This document shows positions 39,703-49,774 of a stretch of DNA of 64,000 bases, in pieces. Source of the DNA: Malacoraja senta (Eukaryota); the NCBI GenBank assembly GCA_038087875.1, contig CM075977.1, positions 170,562,001-170,626,000 of the forward strand, read 5' to 3'. The notes below the pieces were generated by a model, which was not told where the DNA came from, did not search any database, and worked only from the letters and a program-made list of their open reading frames with translations. A program made the position numbers and the translations under genes. Position 1 is the stretch's first letter; every line of letters begins with the position of its first letter.

Positions 39703-42619
39703 CAGATCCTTGAACCAGTTCCCTTGTCACAGGGCCAGGAATCAATTTCCAGGGGTGGTGGTGGAGGCAGATACGATTTAAGTGGCATTTAAGAAGCTTT
39801 TAAATAGGCAACTAGAAGTGCAGGGAATGGAGGGAAGTGAATCATATATAGGCAGATGAGATCAGTTTAACTGGGCATCATGTTCGGCACAAATATTGTG
39901 GGCTGAAGGGCCAGTTCCCATGCTGTCCTGTTCTATATTCTAAATAGAGGAGCTGATCTAAAAGGCAATCTTTTACTAAGTGCAACAACAAAAAAGAAAG
40001 AAAGTTGAATGTTGCAATTGCCCCAACATTGAGTAGGATACATGGTCAAAGGTATATGGGCCACAAAGTTCCAATGTTTCATTCAGGAAATCATTGTTTG
40101 CCAGCATTCAGCAAGGACAAAAATATTGGATTTCTGGATTTAATTTTGGGGAATGAAACCAGGCAGATGGAAGAAATAACAGTAGGAATATATTTTTGTG
40201 CCAGTAATCATAATAGAGTTAGAATAAGCATAGATATAGAAGAAGACCAAAGGTAGAAGAGGACTGAAAATTCTAAATTGGGTTGACACCAATTTTGTTC
40301 GACGGAGAAATGATTTAAGAAAAGTGGAGTGGAAACTTTAACATGGAAATAAATAATTCCCATAACAATGGGAAGCATTTAAAAGGGACATTCAATGCGT
40401 CCCATATAAACATATTCCCACAAAGGGAAAGAGTAAAATCTAAACCCCCTAGATAACAACGTGCATAGAGAATATGACAAGAGTTGTGGCCGACAAGGCT
40501 ACAGACTCAATGCAGGATAGTTGGGGTGACTCATTTTCTTTTCGTGGGAAGAGGCATAGTCAGGTAGCTGTGGAGTCAGTATGCTTATAGTAAACAGCTG
40601 TGGTGAGTATGTCTCCTGAGATGGAGACAGAGATCTAGAACATGGTGAGAGGGCCAGTAGTGGCCCAAGTGAATTTGATAAAGGTAGATTAAAAGGTGCA
40701 TGGTACATTATAACATCATCATATCTACCAGGAAGTTATTTGGAGGATGCTATTTGAATAATAGTTTACGGGTTAAATATTATCATGGTACAATTCCACA
40801 AAATAGGTGGATTGGACATTTGAAATCACAAGATCCCCCAATTTCTGAATACATAGAAAACATAGAAAATAGGTGCAGGAGGAGCCGAATGGCTGAGTTT
40901 TATTCCCCAGTTGTTACCATGGTTTAATAGAATAAATCAAAACAATATGTTTGGGATCATAATTGTATTAGTTAAATAACCCTCATTATATTGTCAATGG
41001 ATGTATGGTACTTTAGGTTTGTGCAGCTAGACAAATGGAAAGTGATCCGATACATGATCTGACTCTCTCGTGACTGAGCGAACGGAGTAAAGCACAAAGT
41101 GTGAGCGCTAAAGACACTCTGCCCATTGGGTTGTCTAGTCTGTCCAATAAGCAAAGATTTTTGCGGTTGGTTAAGGATCATAAGGAAGTGTCTGCAAAAG
41201 TTGTACTGGCATCAGTGACATTGTGCTACATGATGTCTCAAATGTGTAGCACAAATGTTGTATTTTTTAAGCACGTGAATTGCCATTTCAGTCTTTCTCA
41301 GACATTGGAGGTTGACTAGCTCATCTGTTAGTCATATAAATTTAGTTCCATCTTTTTCTCGCAAGGATTTCCTCACTTCTTCCAGTGAATGTTTTCCTGC
41401 TGAAGAAAATATTTTTTTATTTCCCCGTCTTATTTATTTTGCTACTTTTCCTCTCCCATGTTTGTAAAGTATTAATGTATTAAACATCACATTTTCATCC
41501 TGTCCTTACTATAGACTTACTTCAGGAAAGATCGTTGATCTGAACAATTAGTTTTGTTTCTCTCTCTCCACAGAAGCTGCCTGGCCTGCTGACTATTTCA
41601 GCATTTCCAGTTTGTCTTTCCATTTTCCATTCACTGGTTGCCAGTGGACCCCTTCTCTCTCATCTTAGAATCATCATTCATACTTTTGTTGATTTCAGTC
41701 TACCATTTCAGTGATCTTCTGGCTGATCTGTCTACTTCCACCGTCCATAAACTAAATGTCAAACTAAAAACCTCTGTTTAGTTTAGAGACAGAGCATAAA
41801 AACAGGCAGGTTACGGGGAGAATTTACAAACTCCGTACAGACAAGCACCCATAGTCAGGATCGAACCCGGGTCTCTGGCGCTGTAAGGCAGCAAATCTAC
41901 CACTGTGCTATGCTAAAGTTGCTACAAGTTGAAGCACAGACATTCTGCACCATTCATTGGTCATGCTACCACATTCGATGGGCCGAGGTACAATGTCAGT
42001 GAAGCCTTTAGCTTACAGGAGATACATAAATTAGGCTGTGGCAGTTCCTCAGACTGATCTGCATCCAATGACCTGCATTAACATGTCAGTACCAATGGCT
42101 TTTAGTCATAAATACTGGCAAAAAAGAGCCAAGATACAAGCTTAACAGCTGTATATTGCTGTTTTATTTGCTTGAACAAATAGTTTACTGCACTTCCCCA
42201 CAAACATGTACTTAAGAGTGAACAATTTTCCAAAGCAGCAGGATTTCCAAACTCCAAGAGTTTCAAGGTTATAGCTAAATGCCATTCTCTCAACAAACAA
42301 TCAGACACTATTGTGCATTCAGCAAACACTCATATCAATGTTTGTTTTTCCGGCAGGTATAACAATGCCTTTACTTTAGGGCAAATCCATTCTCCTCACA
42401 GTTGATATACATTGACAAATTGCAATGGAGTGACAAAGGTATTTGGCATGCTTGCCTTCACCGGTTGGGGCATTGAGTACAAGAGTTAAGATGTCAGGTT
42501 TATACCTCTACAAGATGTTGATGAGTTGGCACTTGGAATACTGTGTATAGTTCAGGATGCCTAGCCTTAGGAATATTGTCAGTTTGCTGAAAAAGATGCA
42601 GAAGAGAGTCAGAGCTATA

Positions 42620-43150
42620 CAGCATGAACACAGGGCATTCAGCCTAACTCATTCATGCCAACTAAGATGCCTAATCAACCTAGTCCCACTTGAATGTACC
42701 TGGCCTATATCCCTCTGAACCTTTCTTATCCATGTACCTGTCCAAATGTCATAATTGTACCCATCTCTACCACTTCCTCTGACAGCTGGTTCCATGTAAG
42801 CTCCATCCTCTGTGTGAAAAGGTTGTAGTTCAGGTTCTTATTAACTTTTCCCCCCTCACCTTAAACTTATGACCTTCAGATTTAAACTCCTCTATTCTGA
42901 GGGAAAAGGTCAGTGCCTCACCCTCTTATCTGCGATTTTTTAAACCTTTATCTGTTCACCTCTCCTACGCTCCATGAGAAAGGACCCAGTCTATCCAGCC
43001 TGTACTTATAATTGAAACTCACCAGACCCAGTAACATCCTTGTAAATCTTTTATGCATCCTTTCCAATTTAATGATAATCTTCCTGTCACAGGGTGGCCA
43101 GAATTTTACGCAGCACTCTAAATGTGGCCTTACCAATGACTTCTACAGTC
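42620..43150 (-). mobile_element. Old CR1 3' fragment
   Basis: ORF VRPHLECCVKFWPP..KLERMHKRFTRML..YRLDRLG. Confidence 0.8.
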
Positions 43151-43378
43151 ACAACATCATGTCCTAACGGCTGTAATCAATACCATGACCAAAGAAGGCA
43201 AGTGAGCCAAAAGCCTTGGAAAGACAAAACGCTAGAGTACCTCAGGGGGTTAGGCAGCATCTCTGGAGAATATGGAAAGGTGATGTTTCTGGTCAGGGTG
43301 CGTCTTAAGACAAGAATGGTCCCGATCTGAAATGCCATCTATCCGTGTTCTCCAGGGATACTGCCAGACCTCTTGAAT

Positions 43379-43662
43379 ATTTCGCTTGGGTAGTTTACAC
43401 CCCAGCGGTATGATCATTGACTTCTCCAATTTCAGGCAGTCCTTGCTTTCTCCTTCCCCTCCCCAGCTCTCCCACAGCCCACTGTCTCCACCTCATCCTT
43501 TCTTCTTCCCGCACCCCCCCACCCCCACATCAGTCTGAAGAAGGGTCTCGACCTGAAACATCACCTATTCCTTCGCTCCATAATGCTGCCTCACCCGCTG
43601 AGTTTCTCTAGCATTTTTGTCTACCTTTGATTTTTCCAGCATCTGCAGTTCTTTCTTAAACA
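43379..43662 (+). mobile_element. PLE 3' fragment with hammerhead motif, inserted into another hammerhead repeat
   Basis: FRLGSLHPSGMIIDFSNF tail; CTGAAGAAGGGTCTCGACCTGAAACATC at ~43534-43562; 8-bp TSD TCTTGAAT at 43371-43378 and 43663-43670. Confidence 0.8.
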
Positions 43663-43750
43663 TCTTGAATCACTCCAGCATTTTGTCTTTCCTTAGTAGA
43701 CCAGCATTTGCAGTTCCTTGTTTCCACGGAGCCGAACACCACATTCAACA

Positions 43751-43879
43751 GTCCGAAGAAGGGTCTTGACCCGAAACGTCACCCATTCCTTCTCTCCAGA
43801 GATGCTGCATGTCCCACTGAGTTGCTCCAGCATTTTGTATCTACCTTTGATTTAAACGAGAATCTGCAGTTCTTACCGA
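43751..43879 (+). mobile_element. Monomeric hammerhead mini-element
   Basis: gtccgaagaagggtcttgacccgaaacgtcacccattcc...gcagttctt; imperfect 14-bp TSD caccacattcaaca / catcaccttcaaca. Confidence 0.75.
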
Positions 43880-44205
43880 CATCACCTTCAACAATCTGTC
43901 GAACATTGACTACACTTTTATGGAACTTTGTACCTGCACCCCTAGGTCTCCATTTTACAACACCCCTCATGGTACTAACATTTACTGTGCAGATTCACAA
44001 GGATGTTACCGGGATTGGAGGTTTTATAAGGAGATTCTAGATGGATTGTGCTCTTATTACCTGGAGGTTAGGAAGATTTGAGGTGACTCAGCAGAAGTAC
44101 ATAAAATCATGAACAGTATAGGTAAGGTTAATGGTAACTTTTTTTCACAGGGTACGGAGTCTAACACTAGAGGGCATAGGTTCAAGGTGATAGGGGAAAG
44201 ATTTA

Positions 44206-44431
44206 AGGGCCTGTCCCACTTGGCCACTTTTTCAGCGACTACCGGCATCATTGACTGATGTATTAGGTCACCGAAAAAATGCGCGGTGTGATGCGGCATG
44301 ATGATGTATGACGCACGGTGTTTTTTCAGGTGTCGCAACATTTTTTTTGTCGCCGCTGGATTTTGAAATGTTCAAAATCTTTTGGCAACACTGATATGAT
44401 GCCAGCAAAATCGCCAAGTGGGACAGGCCCT
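44206..44431. mobile_element. Short MITE of the AGGGCCTGTCCCAC family, inside a CR1 fragment (~43990-44670)
   Basis: AGGGCCTGTCCCACTTGGC...GCCAAGTGGGACAGGCCCT, flanks TTA/TAA. Confidence 0.85.
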
Positions 44432-45045
44432 TAAAAGGGGACCCGTCAGGCTATTTTTACAACAAAGAGGATGGTGGGTATATGGAACGAGCTTCTAGAG
44501 GAAGTATTTGAGGCAGGTTCAATTACAACATTTAAAAATAATTTAGACAGGTACACGAATAGGAGAGGTTAGAGGGATATGGAAGAAGTGTAGGCAAATG
44601 GGACTAGCTCCAAAAAAAACCCTGATCAGCATGGACAGGTTGGATTGAAGGGCCTCTTTCCATGCAGTATAACTATGATTATAACTCAAGTCTTCCCAGT
44701 GTTGACGGCCACCTTCTCCACATTGTCTCTGGACAAATCTACAGAACAAGATGGCATCTGCTCAATAAGGTGACAGCTCAATAAACTCACCAGATAACTT
44801 ACTGAATTCATCATTGACAAGTCCAATTGGTGCCTCAAGTGCAAGAATTGAATCCTGCTAAACTACTGCCCAAGACTTTAGCTTTTTCAAAGAGAGAAAA
44901 GTCTCGGGTAGTACTCCTTTTGAAGCAGTGTTAATCCTCTTTTTATATATGTGGATCTGGATGCACAATGCAAAATTAAAGTTTTATTGATAAAACACTA
45001 CAATAAAGTAAACAATGTGGTCCTGCAGGATAACAAAAGTTAATA

Positions 45046-45330
45046 AATAGGAAGGAACTGCAGGTGCTGATTGATACCAAAGGTAGACACAAGGTGCGGG
45101 ATCAACTCAGCAGGTCAGGCAGCATCTCTGGAGAAAAGGAACAGGTGACATTTCGGGTCGGAACCCTTCTTCAGACTGAAAGGGGGTGATAACTGGAGGT
45201 AGGAAAAAGCCAGAACGATCAGGGTTACTTGGAATTAGAGAAATCAACATTCATACCAATGGGTTGTAAGTTGCCCAACCCAGATATGAGGTGCTATTCC
45301 TCCAATTTGCGTGTGGCGTCACTCTGATAT
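45046..45330 (-). mobile_element. PLE 3' fragment with hammerhead motif
   Basis: tgacatttcgggtcggaacccttcttcagac (antisense hammerhead core) plus antisense GIY-YIG tail gggttgtaagttgcccaacc..atgaggtgct. Confidence 0.75.
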
Positions 45331-45362
45331 TAAATTAACGAAAAAGGTTAACACGTTGCAGT

Positions 45363-47664
45363 TGATCATAATATGATTAGTTTTAACATAATATGATTAG
45401 TTTTAATCTGCAATTTGAGAAGGAGAATGTTAATCGGAAGTGGCAGTGATGCAGTTGAACAAAGGGGAATATGAAGGCATGAGAGGGGAGCTGGCAAAAG
45501 TAGACTGGAAATGGATCTTAGCAGGAATGACAGTGGAACAGCAATGGCAGGAATTTCTGTGCATCATCCGGGAGACGCAGGATAATTTCATTCCAAAAAG
45601 GAGGAAAGATTCTAAGGGGAGTAGGAGGCAACCGTGGCTGACAAGAGAAGTTAGGGATAGCATAAAACTGAAAGAAAAGATGTATAACACAGCAAAGAGT
45701 AGCCGGAAGCCAGAGGATTGGGAAACTTTCATAGGACAACAGAAGGAAACAAAACGGGCAATACGGGCTGGAAAGCTGAAGTACGAGGGGAAGCTGGCCA
45801 GGAATATAAAGAAGGACAGTAAAAGCTTCTTTAGATATGTTAAGGGAAAAAGAGTAGCAAAGTCAAATGTGGGTCCCTTGAAGGCAGACACAGGTGAAAT
45901 TATTGTGGGCAACAAGGAAATGGCAGAAGAGTTGATTAGGTACTTCGGATCTGTCTTCACTAAGGAAGACAAACAATCTCCCAGATGTACTGGAGGACAG
46001 AGGATCTAAGGGGGTAGAGGAACTGAAAGAAATTTTCATTAGGCGAGAAATAGTATTGGGTAGGCTAATGGGACTGAAGGAAGATAAATCCCCTGGGCCT
46101 GATGGTCTGCATCCCAGGGTGCTCAGGGAGGTGGCTCTAGAAATAGTGGACGCATTGGTGATCATTTTCCAATGTTCAATAGATTCCGGATCAGTTCCTG
46201 TGGATTGGAGGATAGCTAATGTTATCCCACTTTTCAAGAAAGGAGCGAGAGAAAAAACGGGGAATTACAGACCAGTTGGCCTGACTTTGGTGGTGGGAAA
46301 GATGCTGGAGTCAATTATTAAAGAGGTAATAATGGGGCATTTGGATAGCGGTAAAAGAATCAGACCAAGTCAACATGGATTTATGAAAGGGAAATCATGC
46401 TTGACTAATGTTCTGGAATTTTTTGAGGATGTGACAAGTAAAATGGATGAAGGGGTGCCAGTGGATGTAGTGTATCCGGATCAGTTCCTTTCAGGCATGA
46501 GAGGGGAGCTGGCAAAAGTAGACTTTCAGAAAGCCTTTGATAAGGTCCTGCACGGGAGACTGGTGACTAAAATTAAAGCACATGGTATTGGGGGTAGGGT
46601 GTTGACATGGATAGAAAATTGGTTGGCAGACCGGAAGCAAAGAGTAGGAGTGAACGGGTCCTTTTCAGAATGGCAGGCAGTGGCGAGTGGAGTGCCACAA
46701 GGCTCGGTGTTGGGGCCGCAACTGTTTACCATATATATTAATGATTTGGAAGAGGGAATTAGGAGGAACACTAGCAAGTTTGCAGATGACACAAAGCTGG
46801 GTGGCAGTGTGAACTGTGAAGAGGATGTTAGGAGGTTGCAGGGTGACCTGGATACGTTGAGTGAGTGGGCAGATGCGTGGCAGATGCAGTATAATATAGA
46901 TAAATGTGAGGTTATCCACTTTGGCGGCAAAAACAAGGGGGCAGATTATTATCTCAATGGGGTAAGGTTAGGTAAGGGGGTGGTACAGCGAGACCTTGGT
47001 GTCCTTGTACTGAAAGTTGGCGTGCAGGTACAGCAGGCAGTGAAGAAAGCTAATGGAATGTTGGCCTTCATAACAAGAGGATTTCAGTATAGGAGTAAAG
47101 AGGTTCTTCTGCAGTTGTGTAAGGCTCTGGTGAGACCACATCTGGAGTATTGTGTACAGTTTTGTTCTAATTTGAGGAAGGACATTCTTGTGATTGAGGC
47201 AGTGCAGCGTAGGTTCACGAGATTGATCCCTGGGATGGCGGGACTGTCATATGAGGAAAGATTGAAAAGACTAGGCTTGTATTCACTGGAGTTTAGAAGG
47301 ATGAGGGGAAATCTTATAGAAACATATAAAATTATAAAAGGACTGGACAAGCTCGATGCAGGAAAAATGTTCCCAATGTTGGTCCAGAACCAAGGGCCTC
47401 AGTCTTAGAATAAAGGGGAGGTCATTTAAGACTGAGGAGAGAAAAAACTTTTCCACCCAGAGAGTTGTGAATTTATGGAATTCCCTGCCACAGAGGGTAG
47501 TGGAGGCCAAATCACTGGATGGATTTAAGAGAGAGTTAGATAGAGCTCTAGGGGCTAGTGGAGTCAAGGGGTATGGGGAGAAGGCAGGCACGGGTTATTG
47601 ATAGGGGACAATCAGCCATGATCACAATGAATGGCAGTGCTGGCTCGAAAGGCCGAAAGGCCTA
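45363..47664 (+). mobile_element. 5'-truncated CR1 LINE
   Basis: ORFs 45440-46009, 46056-47408 (RT, FADD) and 47356-47601 (GEKAGTGY*); 3' UTR ends at ggccgaaaggccta. Confidence 0.95.
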
Positions 47665-48848
47665 TTTTCTATCCATGTCAACACCCTACCCCCAATACCA
47701 TGTGCTCTAATTTTAGTCACCAGTCTCCCATGCTGGACCTTATCAAAGGCTTTCTGAAAGTCTAGATACACTACATCCACTGGCACCCCTTCATCCATTT
47801 TACTTGTCACATCCTCAAAAAATTCCCGAAGATTAGTCAAGCATGATTTCCCTTTCATAAATCCATGTTGACTTGGACTAATCCTTTTACTGCTATCCAA
47901 ATGCCCCATTATTACCTCTTTAATAATTGACTCCAGCATCTTTCCCACCACCGCAGTCAGGCTAACTGGTCTGTAATTCCCCGTTTTCTCTCTCGCTCCT
48001 TTCTTGAAAAGTGGGATAACATTAGCTATCCTCCAATCCACAAGAACTGATCCTGAATCTATTGAACATTGGAAAATGATCACCAATGCGTCCAATATTT
48101 CTAGAGCCAACTTCCTGAGGACCTTGGGATGTAGACCATCAGGTCCAGGGGATTTATCATCCTTCAGTCCCATTAGCCTACCTAATACTATTTCTCGACT
48201 AATGCAAATTTCTTTCAGTTCCTCTACCACCTTAGATCCTCTGTCCTCCAGTACATCTGGGAGATTGTTTGTCTTCCTTAATGAAGACAGTACCTATTCA
48301 ACTCTTCTGCCATTTCCTTGTTGCCCATAATAATTTCACCTGTGTCTGCCTTCAAGGGACCCACATTTGACTTTGCTGCTCTTTTTCCCTTAACATATCT
48401 AAAGAAGCTTTTACTGTCCTTCTTTATATTCCTGGCCAGCGTCCCTTCGTACTTCATCTTTTCAGCCCGTATTGCCCGTTTTGTTTCCTTCTGTTGTCCT
48501 ATGAAAGTTTCCCAATTCACTGGCTTCCGGCTAATCTTTGCTGTGTTATACATCTTTTCTTTTAGTTTTATTCTATCCCTAACTTCTCTTGTCAGCCACG
48601 GTTGCCTCCTACTCCTCTTAGAATCTTCCTTTTTGGAATGAAATGATCCTGCTTCTTCCGGATTATGCCCAGAATTCCTGCCATTGCTGTTCCACCGTCA
48701 TTCCTGCTAGGATCCCTTTCCAGTCCATCTTGGCCAGCTCCCCTCTCATGCCTTCATAGTCCCCTTTGTTCAACTGCATCACTGACACTTCCGATTTAAC
48801 GTTCTCCTTCTCAAATTGCAGGTTAAAACTAATCATATTATGATCACT
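47665..48848 (-). mobile_element. Inverted CR1 copy of 45363-46618
   Basis: ORFs 47622-48230, 48278-48553 and 48663-48857 mirror the plus-strand copy. Confidence 0.93.
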
Positions 48849-49104
48849 AACCAGCATTTTGTGTCTATCTTCAATTTTCTTGGCCCCGCTCTGGGAGTAG
48901 AAGTGGGGGCGGATCCGGACCGCAAAGGCCTTGAGCCCCAGGCCGAGTTCGGCGATCGTTGCCTGCTTCTGCTGCTGTTAGAGGTGAGATGTTGCATCGC
49001 GCCAGGTTCTTGGGCGTGTCCCACTTTGGCCGTCAGTTCCGCAACAGGCCGTTGGCGAGCGAAGATTTCGCTCGCTACAAACATTTTGGAGCCCCGCACA
49101 AAAA

Positions 49105-49772
49105 ATTTGATAAAATTAGGCAAATCTTTTATTAACATCTTTTGGTAATGTTAGTAATTCACCCTTATCTGATTTGATTTTTGTAATTGTATTTTCCTTT
49201 TCGCGTTTTTTCAGCTGACGTGCTAAAAGTTTCTGTGGTTTATCGCCAAATATGTGGACTTCAAATATGTTAGAAACATTACACCTAGAAGAGATAAGAC
49301 TCCTCCTAGCAGGTAAACCAAATCACTTCCACCTGACATAGTCTGCATTTATAGAATTATTACAAATATAGGGTGCAAAAGTACTTTAAAAAAAAAATTG
49401 AGGTCAGGTAAGGGGGGATGCTAGTTGAAGAGTTGGTATGTCCCATTTACGTAATGCTCATAAAAATATTTGTTTCTCTCTTTTTCCTCTTTCTCTTTCT
49501 CTTTCTTTTCTAGGGTCTATTTCTTAACTCTTTTTCTTTTGTTTTTTTAATTTTGCTCTTATAGGGTCTTCGTCCTTTTTTGTTGTCACATTTTCTACAC
49601 TTTCACTTTTTCCTTAACCTTCTTCTTTCTTTCAATCTTTTCTTTTTCTAGTGTAAAAAATAAATGGAGTACATTAATTGTAAGAAGACATAAGTGACGA
49701 GTACTAATGTATGTGGTTGTAATGTAATGTACTTCTAATAAATAAAAATTAAAAAAAAAAAATTAAAAAAAA
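49105..49772 (+). mobile_element. L1 3' end with poly(A), preceded by an inverted internal L1 segment (twin-priming-like structure)
   Basis: 49105-49250 duplicates 51485-51630; 49251-49365 encodes an L1 ORF2-like C-terminus (MLETLHLEEIRLLLAGKP..F); T-rich 3' UTR, AATAAA and A-tail at ~49737-49771. Confidence 0.75.
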
Positions 49773-49774
49773 GA

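Larger units (their letters stand above)
32070..39731 (+). mobile_element. Solo LTR (~950 bp after removing inserts: 32070-32525, 34777-35172, 39477-39561, 39718-39731)
   Basis: Starts (G/T)GTTATAC, ends TGTCACA; 5-bp TSD GGGCC at 32065-32069 and 39732-39736; inverted CCAAT boxes, TATAAA 35031 and AATAAA 39491 in LTR order. Confidence 0.75.
31985..39945 (+). mobile_element. Old CR1 3' fragment split in two (31985-32069 and 39737-39945) by a 7.66 kb nested insertion
   Basis: ...ttttacacagagggtggtgggggcc | aggaatcaatttccaggggtggtggtggaggcagatacg... is collinear with the CR1 3' region; GGGCC duplicated. Confidence 0.8.

Noticed and set aside
449-48641. Antisense ORFs opposite CR1 ORF2 (e.g. 449-910, 2207-2611, 45430-45972, 46526-46936)
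   Set aside because: Expected shadow frames of LINE coding sequence; recurrence reflects copy homology, not independent genes
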